Source: Chiloscyllium plagiosum | Lineage: Eukaryota | Assembly (NCBI RefSeq): GCF_004010195.1 | Contig: NC_057749.1 | Location: forward strand, 3,675,595-3,739,594 | Direction: 5' to 3' | Length of the DNA: 64,000 nt | In this document: positions 24,279 to 37,066 of the stretch, piece by piece | Numbering within the stretch: position 1 is the stretch's first letter | Layout of the letters: every line of letters starts with the position of its first letter | Notes under the pieces: generated by a model | Databases searched by the model: none | What the model saw: the letters and a program-made list of their open reading frames with translations, nothing else | What the model was told of the DNA's origin: nothing | Translations under genes and position numbers: made by a program

Positions 24279-25686
24279 TAGAGTCGTAGAGATGTACAGC
24301 ATGGAAACAGAGTCTTCGGTCCAACCCGTCCATCCCGACCAGATATCCCAACCCCACCTGCCAGCACCCGGCCCATATCCCTCCAAACCCTTTCTATTCA
24401 TATACCCATCCAAATGCCTCTTAAATGTTGCAATTGTACCAGCCTCGACCACATCCTCTGGCAGCTCATTCCATACACGTACTATCCTCTGCGTGAAAAA
24501 GTTGCCCCTTAGGTCTCTTTTATATCTTTCCCCTCTCACCCTAAACCTATGCCTCTAGTTCTAGACTCCCCAACCCCAGGGAAAAGACTTTGCCTATTTA
24601 TCCTATCCACGCCCCTCATAATTTTGTCAACCTCTATAAGGTGACCCCTCAGACTCTGACGTTCCAGGGAAAACAGCCCCAGCCTGTTCAGCCTCTCCCT
24701 GTAGCTCAGATCCTCCNNNNNNNNNNNNNNNNNNNNNNNNNNNNNNNNNNNNNNNNNNNNNNNNNNNNNNNNNNNNNNNNNNNNNNNNNNNNNNNNNNNN
24801 NNNNNNNNNNNNNNNNNNNNNNNNNNNNNNNNNNNNNNNNNNNNNNNNNNNNNNNNNNNNNNNNNNNNNNNNNNNNNNNNNNNNNNNNNNNNNNNNNNNN
24901 NNNNNNNNNNNNNNNNNNNNNNNNNNNNNNNNNNNNNNNNNNNNNNNNNNNNNNNNNNNNNNNNNNNNNNNNNNNNNNNNNNNNNNNNNNNNNNNNNNNN
25001 NNNNNNNNNNNNNNNNNNNNNNNNNNNNNNNNNNNNNNNNNNNNNNNNNNNNNNNNNNNNNNNNNNNNNNNNNNNNNNNNNNNNNNNNNNNNNNNNNNNN
25101 NNNNNNNNNNNNNNNNNNNNNNNNNNNNNNNNNNNNNNNNNNNNNNNNNNNNNNNNNNNNNNNNNNNNNNNNNNNNNNNNNNNNNNNNNNNNNNNNNNNN
25201 NNNNNNNNNNNNNNNNNNNNNNNNNNNNNNNNNNNNNNNNNNNNNNNNNNNNNNNNNNNNNNNNNNNNNNNNNNNNNNNNNNNNNNNNNNNNNNNNNNNN
25301 NNNNNNNNNNNNNNNNNNNNNNNNNNNNNNNNNNNNNNNNNNNNNNNNNNNNNNNNNNNNNNNNNNNNNNNNNNNNNNNNNNNNNNNNNNNNNNNNNNNN
25401 NNNNNNNNNNNNNNNNNNNNNNNNNNNNNNNNNNNNNNNNNNNNNNTTTGACAACCTCCAGTCTTCCGGCACCTCACCTGTGACTATCGATGATACAAAT
25501 ATCTCAGCAAGAGGCCCAGCAATCACTTCTCTAGCTTCCCACAGAATTCTCGGATACACCTGATCAGATCCTGGGGATTTATCAAGTTTTAACCGTTTCA
25601 AGACATCCAGCACTTCCTCCCCTGTAATCTGGACATTTTGCAAGATGTCACCATCTATTTCCCTACAGTCTATATCTTCCATATCC
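24279..25686 (-). mobile_element. CR1/HER1 LINE spanning gap 24717-25446
   Basis: Minus ORFs give EEVLDVLKRLKLDKSPGSDQVYPRILWEAREVIAGPLAEIF..GEVPEDWR and the RT C-terminus. Confidence 0.92.
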
Positions 25687-26577
25687 TGGAGGGATCAAAT
25701 TCAATTGGAGGGACCAAATGCACCTTGAGTGACCGCATAGTGGAATACCTGCTGAATAGAGCTCTCTAAATCCAAATAATGTTGATCTTGCTAATGTTGA
25801 TCTTACTTTATGCACCTCCTGTGCAGTGTAATCTGTCTGCCTTACTCTGTCTAAGCACCCTATGATTGGTATATCCTTGTTTGTTATGATCTGCCTGAAC
25901 TGCTCGCAAAATGGAATGTTTCCCTGTACTTATGTACACGTGACCACAATAAATCAAATCAAAACCGAAATTGCTGGTGAAACTCAGCAGGTCTGGCGAC
26001 ACCTGCATTCAGTTCAGAAGCCTGACCCTGAGCCTCCAGTCGGTGTTGTTTTAATTTTTTCCTGCTTCCACTTCTGCTCTGACTTTCCGGTCCTTAGCCT
26101 CCTAGCAAGCCCAACACAACATGGCACTTCACAATCTCCTTGCCTTCACAGCCAGGTCTGCTGAGTTTCTCCAGCATTCTCTGTTTGTGTCAGATTTCCA
26201 GCATTCTGTGGTATTTGCTTTTATGTCAGCATCTACACTGAGGTCTGCAATTTCAGATTGGAACTTCAGTGGTCGTGCTTTTTGACCGCATCTGAGGTTG
26301 CTATTTGTAGCTTCTCTAGGCCTTGTGTTTCTTCACTTGCCCTGCATTCACCTCCTTTAATTCATGGCAAAGTTGGATGGTTTGGAGAGTGGGATGTGGC
26401 CTCCTGCAAAATCTGCCCAGAGACAAGCGCATGTGACCTGGTTGGCGTGGGGAAAGAGGCTAAGTCAAAGGTCTTTGCAAGTAAAGTGCAAACTTTAATA
26501 ATTGGACACAGCTTCCATGCATTTGACTCTGTGTTAATCCAAAGAGTAGGAAGAAGACCCATGAAAGGTGGGTCTTT

Positions 26578-26921
26578 GCAGGTGGCATAGTGGTTCAGTG
26601 GTTAGCACTGCTGCCTTACGCGCCAGGGACTCAGGTTCGATTCCAGCCTTGGGTGACTGTCTGTTTGGAGTTTGCATGTTCTCTGTGTCTGTGTGGGTGT
26701 CCTCCCGGTGCTCTCGTTCCTTCCCAGCATCCAAAGGTGTACAGGTTAGGTGGATTGGCCATGCTAAATTGCCCCATAGTATCCAGCGATGTGCAGGTTA
26801 GATGGATTGGCCACGGGAAATGCAGCATTTATAGGGTAGGGAGGGATGCTCTTCAGTGGGCTGGTGTGGACACGATGGGCAGAACGACCTGCTTCCATAC
26901 TATAGGGATCCTATGATTCTA
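26578..26921 (+). mobile_element. HE1-type V-SINE
   Basis: Full family match; tail ctatgattcta. Confidence 0.9.
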
Positions 26922-27161
26922 GGTGTTTCTATGCCCGGTAGAAAAAAGACTATTTTTCAATTAACCACCAAGCAATGTGTTGGTGAGAGTAGGTTGGCCC
27001 TTCAAAGAAACATAGTTTGTGGAGCTTTAAAAGGAAGGGGTTTTGAAGAGGGTGCCTCACTATTAGGAGTCCATTTAATTATGCTCAGAAGATTGAATAC
27101 GTCATTGTATTTCAGACACTAGATGATTCACCCTAGTGTGCCAAGGTGAAGAGATCCTGTC

Positions 27162-27510
27162 GGGGTGGCATGGTGGCTCAGTGGTTAGCACTTCTGCCTC
27201 ACGGTGCCAGGGTCCCAGGTTCGATTCTAGCCTCGGGTGACTGTGTGGAGTTTGCACATTGTCCCTGTGTCTATGTGGGTTTCCTTCAGCTGCTCCGATT
27301 TCCTCCCACAGTCCAAAGATATGCAGGTTAGTTGAATTGGCAATGGGAAATTGTCCATAGTGTTCAGGGATGTGTATGTTCGGTGCATTAGTCTGGGTAA
27401 AAGTGGTCTAGCAGAGTAGGGGAATGAGTCTGGGTGGGTTACTCTTCAGAGAGTAAGTGTGGACTTGGGCTGAAGGGCCTGTTTCCACACTATAGGGATT
27501 CTATGTTATG
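27162..27510 (+). mobile_element. HE1-type V-SINE
   Basis: Full family match. Confidence 0.9.
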
Positions 27511-28570
27511 GTATGTTGAACTCACAAATAGCTTTCTACCGAGAGTATGGTGCAATGCATGAGTATACTATGGACATTTCAGTTCTGTTGAGAAATAAGT
27601 GGGAAATACAGTTTCTGTAGTTAAAAGTAGTTGCCTATTAAGTAATGTTTAGTCGGTGTTCATGTTAATTTGTTACAGTGAAAACCTTAAAATGTGAAAT
27701 TTTGTGTGTGGCCTTTTGCTTTGGTCAGAAGAAAATTAATATTTAAACAACATTTTATTGGTCTCTCTGGGATTCATACCACCCACTGCTATCCTTTTTA
27801 AATTCCTTGTACCATTTGCGATAGAATCACTTACCTTCAAGCTATTCACAAGTGATCTCTTTTGTTCCGTTTCACCTTATCGCCTTCTTTGCTTCTGTAC
27901 TTGTTACATCTCTTTGCCTTCCAGTTCTGAATTGTTAACTCTGTATGCTTTTTTTTTGTATTTATTGATGTTATTTCATTAAAATTGCAATGAAGAAAAC
28001 GGAGTCTGCCTTAGAAGCACACATTAAAAACGGGAGCCCTGACAGGATTACCTGTCTGTATTGGATGTAGAGTTCTGTGCGTTTGACTGATCTTTGCATC
28101 TGAATTAGTAATATGTGGACTCTTGGCAATGAAAGACCACTTGGGAATGGCAAGAAAATCTGTTGTTCTATGCTAATTGTATGGGTTTTATCACCCTGTC
28201 CTAAATATTATATAACAACAAAAACAAACTGCAGATGCTGGAATCCAAAGTAGACAGGCAGGAGGCTGGAAGACCACACCAAGCCAGGTAGCATCAGGAG
28301 GGGAGAAGTCGACGTTTCGGCTTGCTGAATATTGCATGGCATCTTTGCGAGGGGGAGAGGGGGTGGTGCTAGTGGTGTGGTGAGTGTGAAGTCCTGATTT
28401 TCTTTTATATAGTGTGGGAATCCTGGTGTTTTGAGATATGTTCTTTATCTTGGCTTGTAGTTCTTGTGAAAAAACTTCAGAGATGTGGTGATGGTGCCCA
28501 AAAGAAAGGCAGACCAATGTCAGGATGCCATCAAATGTTTGCTAGTCAATGATGCATTTCAAGTGTAAAA

Positions 28571-28770
28571 GTTGAAAAGTGTGCTGCTGGAAAAACACAG
28601 CAGGCCAGGCAGCATCCGAGGAACAGGAGAATCGACGTTTCGGGCATAAGCCCTTCAGGAAACGAAACGTCGATCTCCTGCTCCTTGGATGCTGCCTGGC
28701 CTGCTGTGTTTTTCCAGCACCATACTTTTCAACTCTGGTCTCCAGCATCTGCAGTCCTCACTTTCTCCTT
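28571..28770. mobile_element. Penelope-like fold-back insertion
   Basis: Inverted arms start and end at gttgaaaag/cttttcaac, with the tail on the right arm. TSD tttcaagtgtaaaag at 28557-28571 and 28771-28785. Confidence 0.9.
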
Positions 28771-29148
28771 TTTCAAGTGTAAAAGGCCAAGGTGAAGTTG
28801 CCATAATCCTATCAGACTATTAGCTGCTCTGTTATTAAAGAGAGAGAGAGGACTGGTGGTGGTTTAACCTGAGGGTTACCACACCTCGTGAGGGGAGATG
28901 TTGAGAAAGAGAGTCCTTCATGGTAGCCTCAAGCGGTGTAGGAATTGAACGCACTCTGTTGGGCGTCACTCTGCACTGCAAACCAGCCATGCAGCCAACC
29001 ATGTAATGTATGAATCAATGTTGTCCATTTGCACCCATGAATAATCTTGTGATAACCAGTTTCCTGTTCTGCTGATGGGGATTGGATGGATACCTTCCAC
29101 TCCCATCACTCAGGTAAAACATCCACTAGTTCCTCTCTCTTCCTCCTT

Positions 29149-29331
29149 NNNNNNNNNNNNNNNNNNNNNNNNNNNNNNNNNNNNNNNNNNNNNNNNNNNN
29201 NNNNNNNNNNNNNNNNNNNNNNNNNNNNNNNNNNNNNNNNNNNNNNNNNNNNNNNNNNNNNNNNNNNNNNNNNNNNNNNNNNNNNNNNNNNNNNNNNNNN
29301 NNNNNNNNNNNNNNNNNNNNNNNNNNNNNNN
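29149..29331. other. assembly gap (other gaps: 17808-17870, 24717-25446, 51744-52565)
   Basis: Runs of N. Confidence 1.
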
Positions 29332-30624
29332 GGTCAGGTAGAACTAGATTGACTTTGCCTTGACCTTGTAAACTTAAAATACTTCACTGACTGGCACACC
29401 CTTGATGGAATTATAGGCAAAATTAGTCTGCGCTTATTAATCCCATGGGATCTGTTATGGCTACATGAAAGAGCGGATGGTGACTCAAAGTGTGAAGCTA
29501 ACACTTCCAAATATTGAGGGATTGTCACACTGTTACAATGGAGTATCAGCTGGGTTTTTCTGTTCTCCCAGATCCTGCGAGTGTGAAGTCCTTTCGACAG
29601 AGTTTCCGTATCTCTTTATATTGTTCAGCACTAGTTTCTTGAAAATGTTCCCACTTAGCACGTGAGTCTGCATTCTGGCTCCTCGCAGGGATCAGCCGTT
29701 GGGACTTGTTGCCGGGTGAGTCATGAAAAATGTAGGGCATTGAGAGCTGTCTCCGTCAGGACATCGAAAGCTGGAATTAATTCATGATGGGCTGAGAGCT
29801 TTTGGCTGCATTAATAATTAAGCTCATCCAGTCCCTTTCAAAAAGGAAGAAGGCAGGACATCGTCCAAATGCAAAGGACTAAGGATTATTTGAATATCTC
29901 AGTCTGCTTTCTGCAGCTTGTCTATCTGTCGGTTAGCATTAATATGTGCTGCATGTTTGTATACCATTTGAAGCAAAAATTTATTTGGCAATGACTGAGT
30001 ATTTGTCAGCTTCAGTTTATAGCTTCTGCCTTGAGCATTCAGGAGATGATCAGAGCTACAGTGACCTCCTTGACGAACTCCTTGACTAATTTCGGTCCGA
30101 AAGGATTTCCGCAGGCTTTATTCCTTACCCAATCTCAAGTTAATTTTGACCTATTTTATCACTTTTTCCAGATTACTTTTTTTTGGGAAAAATGCTAATA
30201 CCGTGATGCAGAAGGTTTTTTTTGGGGACAGGGAGAAATGAACTAGAGCCTCTGTGTTTGCCCTTCAATGTTCCTATCTCTCGATCTCAATTTCATAAGT
30301 GGGTGGTGATTGTTCACTGCTGCCAACTCTCCTTTCTAACCAACTGTTCAGACATGCCATTATTCGCCTGCTGTGGAGCAGGATGGTAGTTGAACCCAGG
30401 CATTCGAGCCCAGAGGTGGGGACACGATCAGTTCACCACAAGAATCCTTTAAACAGAGCAGTTAACAGATTATGGATAGGGATGGGATTCAAACTCACAC
30501 ATGCAGAGCTCATTAGTTGAGCAGTCCATTGCCTAAACCTCTCCGCTACCCTGTTGCAACTTTCTTTTTTTTTCCGATGGTCTGTCTAGTTGTGATGGAG
30601 GATCGACCACCATAATGTCTTAAA

Positions 30625-30990
30625 AGTCATAAAGCTTTTACAGCATGGAAAGAAGCCCTTCAGCCCATTGTGTCTGCACTAGTCATCAAGTATCTATCTG
30701 TTTCTAATCCCAGTTTCCAGCTCTTGGTTTGTAGCCTTGTATGCGAGGGTGCTTCAAGTGCTCATGTAAATATCTTTAGGGTTCCCCCATCCGCTATTCT
30801 TTAGGTGGTGAGTTCCAGATCCACACAGTTCTCTGGGTAAAAGAAAATTTTCAAGTTCCCTCTAAACCTTCTGGTCCTGGCCGTGAAGCTGTGAGCCCTG
30901 GTTATTGATCCCTCTACTAAGGGGAAAGTTGTCTCTGCCCCTCAGCCTTCTGTGCTCTGAGGAAAACATCCCTAGGATATCCAGACTGTA
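30625..30990 (-). mobile_element. decayed CR1 LINE 3' fragment
   Basis: tacagcatggaaagaagcccttcagccc..ccctctaaacctt; colinear with other 3' ends. Confidence 0.65.
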
Positions 30991-31318
30991 AAAAGATGAG
31001 GCAATAAATTATGTCTTGTGATAGCAGTAGGTACAATTATTATCACATGTTAGGCATATTTCCAACAATCAGAAGCCAGGTATGTCACATCTGTCTCCAT
31101 CAGGATCTTATGCAAGACTAATTTGTTTCCTAAGACTGTGTGCCGTCATTAGATTGGGTGGAGCTCGATACAGCTCAATATTAACTCTTGATTACCTTAT
31201 ATAATGTTGAGCAGTAAAATACTGCATGCTAAAAGTAAGACCTTCAGTATTTAGTGTCTTTGCAAATTTTGGAATGTTCCAAAGCAGTTTACAGCCAATG
31301 AAGGACTTTTTGAGATGT

Positions 31319-31417
31319 CAGAAATCAATGACACCGGGTTTTGTCCAACAGGTTGATTTGAAATCACTAGCTTTCGGAGCGCTGCTCCTTCATCAGGGGA
31401 AGTGGATGGAAGCGTAC
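31319..31417 (-). mobile_element. short Penelope-like insertion carrying a hammerhead core
   Basis: TSD ctttttgagatgt at 31306-31318 and 31418-31430. Confidence 0.75.
31362..31400 (-). ncRNA. minimal type-I hammerhead ribozyme
   Basis: UCCC-CUGAUGA-A-GGAGC-AGC-GCUCC-GAAA-GC-UA-GUGA. Intact core, 5-bp stem II, palindromic AGCU, stem I pairing at 3 of 4 positions. Confidence 0.72.
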
Positions 31418-31433
31418 CTTTTTGAGATGTAGT

Positions 31434-32028
31434 GGTGACTGTCTGTGTGGAGTTTGCACATTCTCCCCATGTCAGTGTGGGTTTCCTCTGGGTGCTTTGG
31501 CTCCCTCCCACAGTCCAGAGATGTGCACATTAGGTGGATTGGTCATGCTAAATTGCCCTGTAGTGTGCAGGTGAGGTACGTTAACTATGGTAATCATAGA
31601 ATGGAATCCCTACAGTGTGAAAGCAGGCCATTCGGCCCATTACATCCAAACCAACCCTCCGAAGAGCATCCCACCCAGACCCACCCACTACCCTATCCCT
31701 GTAATCCTTTATTTCTCATGGCTAATCCACCTAGCCAGCACTTTCCTGGACACGATGGGCAATTTTAGCATGGCCCATCTACTTAATCTATGGGAGGAAA
31801 CCAGAGCACCCAGAGGAAACCTGCGCAGATATGGGGAGAATGTGCAAACTCTGCACAGACAGTCACCCGAGGCTGGAATCAAGCCCAGGACCTTGGCACA
31901 GTGGGGAGCAGTGTTAACCACTAAGTGTGGAGTTAAATGGATAGGGTGAGTTGCTGTTTGGAGGGTCGGTGCAGACTTAACTGTCCAAATGGTCTCTATC
32001 TGCAGTATTGAGGTTCGATGATTCTATG
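31434..32028. mobile_element. HE1-type SINE (+) with an antisense HE1-type SINE (about 31594-31922) nested in it
   Basis: Host core at 31434-31592, host 3' part resumes at about 31925. Confidence 0.85.
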
Positions 32029-32467
32029 AAAGATTGTAATGAACTTGCACGCAGCAAGCTGCCTCAAATAGCAATGTAACCATGGTTGTCTGGTGGTGTT
32101 GGACGATCAATATTAACCAGGATAGGGGGAAGAACATTCATTCTCCTTTTCAAAGTGGGTTCGTTTTGAACCATTTGAGTGGCAAGGCCCCACAGATCAC
32201 ACCTGGACAATGGGATGTATCAGAGGGAGGTGACTTCACCAGCGGATTTCTTTGTCGTCTTTAAGTGCTATGCAAGGATCTGCCACCAGGGCAGTCACTG
32301 GTTAGCAGTCTGAAGTTCTGGGCTCTCATTGGAGTCAATCTATCATTGTCTCACTCATATCAATCCAGTGAGGCAAGAGTTTCGAGAATGATTGATTGCG
32401 TCCATAATATTTGAGCAATTTCTCAGCCCTTGAAGGACAAGAGATTTACTTCTTAACAAATGAGAAT

Positions 32468-32627
32468 GTCCACAGTGTTCAGGGATGTGTAGTTGAGGTG
32501 CATTAGTCAGGGGCAATGTAAAGTAATAGGGTAGGGGAATGGGTCTGGGTGGGATACTCTTCGGAGGGTTGATGTGGACTTGTTGGGCCAAATGGCCTGT
32601 TTCCACACCGTAGGGATTCTATGATTC
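32468..32627 (+). mobile_element. HE1-type SINE 3' half
   Basis: gggaatgggtctgggtgggatactcttcggaggg..gggattctatgattc. Confidence 0.85.
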
Positions 32628-34436
32628 CATGAATGCAGTTGAAATGTGTTTTTCTTTTTATCAATGAGTGCTTTCTTTCCTGAGCATCATGGTTTGTTCT
32701 CTGGCAAGGTTGAAGATTGTGGTTCTGTGCATTTTGCAACCTTAACTCATTGTGAACAGCTTGAAGTGCATCTCTGCAGGGAATTAGCACTGGAGGAACA
32801 AGCTGTCATTGCACTGATATTATCCCAGAGCCTCCAGGTATTTGCCCCACATGGTAGCACTAAGGATTGCAAAACTGAAGTCCTAATCAAAGAAAAGAAC
32901 TGTGAGAAACTGGAAGGGTTAAACGTTCCTTTTGAGTTTTCTCAAAAGTGTGCGGATGCACTTCATACGAGGTAACATGCCGCCACCCATCTCCCCCCAC
33001 CGACTGGAGAGATCATTCACCCAATCCGCTGTCAATAGCCATGTCTAAGAGCTAATGGGTGAGCAATGATGAGCATCTTGCCCTCTCACAGAGCGTTAAC
33101 ACTGCTGGCCATTCAGTGTAACGCTAACAGCTTCTAGGTCCTAAAGCCTACAGTTCAAGGCCTTCTCGGCACTGGATTCTGCTGTTCAGAGCCATCTCCT
33201 TACGAGCCATCTGTGCGTCTGATTGCCCCCAGATGAGGCAGTTGGAGGATAAACTCCCACCATCCCCAACCCAGAAGGCAGGACACTATGGAGCCTGGTC
33301 AGGAAACGAGTTGATCTTTCTGCCTAACGGGTGAGCAGGGAGGTGGTGAGTCAAGGTCTTTATGTGGCTATTAATTGACCACTTAAGCACTTCTCTCATC
33401 CCTGACAATTTGGGAAAATTGCCCTTGACCCTCCTTGACCCACTTGTTTGGTGAGGTGGCATGAAACAGGTGAGTTTCTCTCCAGTGCCAACTTGCCCAA
33501 ATATTGCCCTCCTCTTGTCAACTCCCAAGAGGGAGCATTTACTCCCTTTGTTCCTATGTTCTCATAGAGCAAAACATTTTTACTGCTTGTAAAAACAGGA
33601 GGCCTTTTTGTGTTACAGAAGTGGATCCTGTGGAAAATGTCCCTTCTCCAATATTGCTTTTAAATAGAAAACAGAACAGTGACCCAGTTTTTTGCAGATC
33701 GTGTGAGCTGTTGTTGCCGTCCTTGCTGATGAGAGACTGGGAGGGTAAAGTTGAGCCTGGGAACTCTTAAACAAGGTGAGATAGTCCAGAGGGACTGAAA
33801 TGAAGTAAGGAGAGAGGGAGCTTTGTGTGTTTGTGCCAAGGCAGCAGCCAGGGTCGCAGAGTGGCAATCAGTAATCCCCCTAGCAATCTACTATCCAGCT
33901 GCTCTAGAAAGTAGCACAGTTCACTGTTGTCCATGGAAATGGAGAGGAGGAGGGGTAATGGGTGGATAAAAAGAAATGATTTGATTGAATTGTGTGGGAA
34001 ATAAAAACCATTCACCCACTTTCAGCCAGTATGGATAGCTGATTGACTGACTAAATTAATAATGAGCTATTTGTTTAATTATTCATATCTTCTCTTTGGA
34101 ATTGCCAGCTGGGAGACACAGTGAGTAAACCACAGAAGCAGTTGTAATTAAGGCTAATGTGTAAACAACATAATAGTGGTCATTAAAAGAATTGACAGCA
34201 TAGATGATGGCCACTCATGAGCTGTTTCTGCCCCAGATGAGCCTTCTCCCATCCTACCATTAACTATAATGAACCATTTCACTCTGCTTTCTCTCTGCAC
34301 AGATGCTGCCAGGCACACTGAGTTTCTCCAGCCATTTCTATTCTTTTGTTTCTGATTTCCAGCATCTGTAGTTCTTCGTTTTTATTTGGGATCAACCTGC
34401 TTGATTGTGATTTTGTCTGCCTATTCTAATGGCTAG

Positions 34437-34745
34437 AGGGGGAGGTGGTGACCTAGTGGTATTATCACTGGTTATTCCATATACCCAGGTAATGTTCTCA
34501 GTTTGAATTCTGCCACAGTAAATGGTGGAATTTGAATTCAATGTTTTAAAAAAAATCTGGAATTACGAGTCTGATGATGACCATGAATCAATTGTTGGGA
34601 AAAGCCTTTTAGGGCTGCCATCCTTCCCTCATCTGGCCTACATGTAAATCCAGACCCATAGCAATGTGGTTGACTTTCAACTGCCCTCTGGGATGGGCCA
34701 ATGCTGGTCTAGCCAATGGTGCCCCCATCCCGCAAGTGAATAAAA
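34437..34745 (+). mobile_element. tRNA-derived SINE (second family)
   Basis: Colinear with 2142-2487. Confidence 0.8.
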
Positions 34746-34859
34746 CACAACAAATCTAACAGGAACTCTCAATATTTCCCTCCTTTCCCTTCTCCTACTA
34801 ATCCTTAAATATGAGTCTGACAGAATTCTCACTCTGATGTTTTTTTTTACCATCCCCAG

Positions 34860-35201
34860 GAGTCTTCAAGATCCAAGTACCCGAAGTCCCCGTGGTTGCC
34901 ATCTTTGGAAAAGACATCACCCTGAACTGTTCCTTCACCACCAATGCCACTTTCTCCCTGGGCGACCTCAGTGTCATTTGGCAGCTCACGGAAACTCGGA
35001 AGATGGTGCACAAGTACCCGCACCAGCCGGACCAACAGGCAGACAACTTTGTGAACAGGACAGCACTGTTCACCGAGGAGCTGGAAAAGGGCAATGCTTC
35101 TTTACTGTTGAGGCATGTCCGGATTGAGGATGAGGGCAGCTTCACCTGCTTTGTGAGAATTAAAAGCCACCAGAGTGCTTCCATCATGCTCCGATTGGCG
35201 G
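34860..35201 (+). CDS. CD276: CD276 (B7-H3) IgV-domain exon, phase 1-1, 342 nt
   Basis: Acceptor ttttttttaccatccccag|GA and donor GCG G|gtacga. Translation is (G)VFKIQVPEVPVVAIFGKDITLNCSFTTNATFSLGDLSVIWQLTETRKMVHKYPHQPDQQADNFVNRTALFTEELEKGNASLLLRHVRIEDEGSFTCFVRIKSHQSASIMLRLA. This matches the B7-H3 IgV signature I recognise (human VQVPEDPVVALVG..LIWQLTDTKQLVH..NRTALF..GNASLRL..DEGSFTCFVSI), with canonical Ig Cys/Trp/Cys. Confidence 0.96.
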
Positions 35202-35334
35202 GTACGAGAATGTGACATTGTGCCCACAGCAATGGGTTGACCTACATCGGCTCCCAGTGTGATATTACCACCACTGAAGCATATCCTCCCCACTTTTTGT
35301 GCAGTTAATTCCCTCATGACAAATGATAGCATCT

Positions 35335-36170
35335 TTCCTAATTACTTCTTGTACCTGCGTACTAACACTTTTGTGATTCATGCACAAGGACACCCAGGTC
35401 CCTCCCGTATCTCAGAGCTCTGCAATCTCCCAAAATGATGATTTTTGCATTCTACACACCAAAATGAACTATCCACATTTTTCCACATTATGCTTCATTT
35501 TCTAGTTCTTTATTCACTCACTTAGCTTTTTTGCATCCTCCTTCTGTCCTCTTTGCTCTTGCTTTCCTGCATATTTTTGTCATCAGCAAAGTCAGCAACA
35601 GTACCTTCTGACTCGTCATCTAAGTCGTTTGTGTAAATTTGTGACTAGTTGAGGGCCCAGCTCTAATGTTCATGACACTTTCCCTGTGACATATTGTGAA
35701 ACCTGTAAAAGACCCATTAATGCCTCCTCACTGCTTCTTGTTAGCCGGTTAACTTTCTCTCCATGGCAACATGCTACCCAGTCACACCATGAGCTTTCAT
35801 TTCTTCAATACCCTTTGAGATAGCACCTTATCAAATGCCTTCTGAAAATCTAAGTATAGTGCATCTGCCAGTTCCTCTTTATCCACATTATGTCATACCT
35901 TTCCAATAGATTCTGTAAACATGATTCCTCTTCCATGAAATCATGTTGACTCTGCCTGATTATCATGAACTTCTCCAAGTGTCCTGCTATACTGCCTTCG
36001 ATAATAGCTTTGAATATTTTCTCTATGACAGTCATTAAGTAACCTGACTTGTAATTTCTTGCTTTCTGTTTCTCTCAATTTTTCTGAGCAAAGAAGCTAC
36101 ATCTTCCAATGTAACGGTGTCATCCCTGAATCAAGGAGGGTTTTGGAAAATTAAAACCAATGCATCTCTA
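35335..36170 (-). mobile_element. old CR1 LINE RT fragment in the IgV-IgC intron
   Basis: ORF 35850-36035 (KIFKAII..HLEK..IIRQSQHDFM..SCLQNLLE); the adjacent minus frame reads DFQKAFDKV. Confidence 0.8.
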
Positions 36171-36694
36171 TTTCATGAGGAACCAGGGGAGCTGTTCCTC
36201 ACTGGGCATTGCTTGTCACAGTGTGGGCAGAATTAGAGAGTGATAAAATAAGATAGAAAAAAAGAAATGTGAAGTAGACCAGCTAATATGATATGATAGA
36301 ATTTATAGAAATGTCTTCCAAGAAGGTAACAGAAAGAGTACAGTTTGATATATGTCTGATAACCAAATGTTGTTGTATTTAGTCTTGAACTATAATAAAC
36401 AGTGTTATAAAGACTAGGCCTGAAAACATTCTCTGATTCATGGACCTGACTTTCTTGAGCCAAATGCCTGAAGGTGGGCATAAAACCACATGAGAGATGT
36501 AAAGGCTGGCTGAGAGGAAAGTGGAATTGAGACCACAATCAGGTCTCCACCAGGCTAAGCAGCCTTGAAGATCCACATGGCATAATCCAGATCCTGTATC
36601 TCTGAAGCTATTTGTCTTGCATTCACCAAGACAAATTCAAGAATGCCAGATTTTGAAATGTGGAATTCTCGCTTTTGGCTCGATAAGTGTAATG

Positions 36695-36882
36695 TCAGAG
36701 TTAGGCCATTGAGCCCATCAAGTCTTCTCCGCCATTCAGTCATGACTGACCAGTTTCTCATCCCCATTTTTCTGCCTTCTCATAACCCCGATCCCCTTGA
36801 CAATCAAGAACCTATCTATCTCAGTCTTAAATACACTCAATGGCCTGGCCTCCACAGCCTTTTGTGGCAGTGAATTCCATAG
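36695..36882 (-). mobile_element. CR1 LINE 3' end
   Basis: Translation LWNSLPQKAVEARPLSVFKTEIDRFL; similar to 48225-48410. Confidence 0.8.
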
Positions 36883-37066
36883 ACACGTAGTTAGTAAAAT
36901 TGAGATAAGGAATGAAATGAACATAAGATGGTGTTGATTGGACTGGTCAGGACCTGGAGAAATCCTAATGGCCAAATGGCTGCAGAGAAGTCGTGAAGTA
37001 CTTTTGGAATGAAACGTGTTGGACTGGTTGAGAGTATTTGCCTTACTTATACTTCTGTTGTTTCAG

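Noticed and set aside
24536-25682. ORFs of 297-351 aa here, and of 332-445 aa at 51518-53030
   Set aside because: Inflated by N-gaps; the flanks are retroelement fragments.
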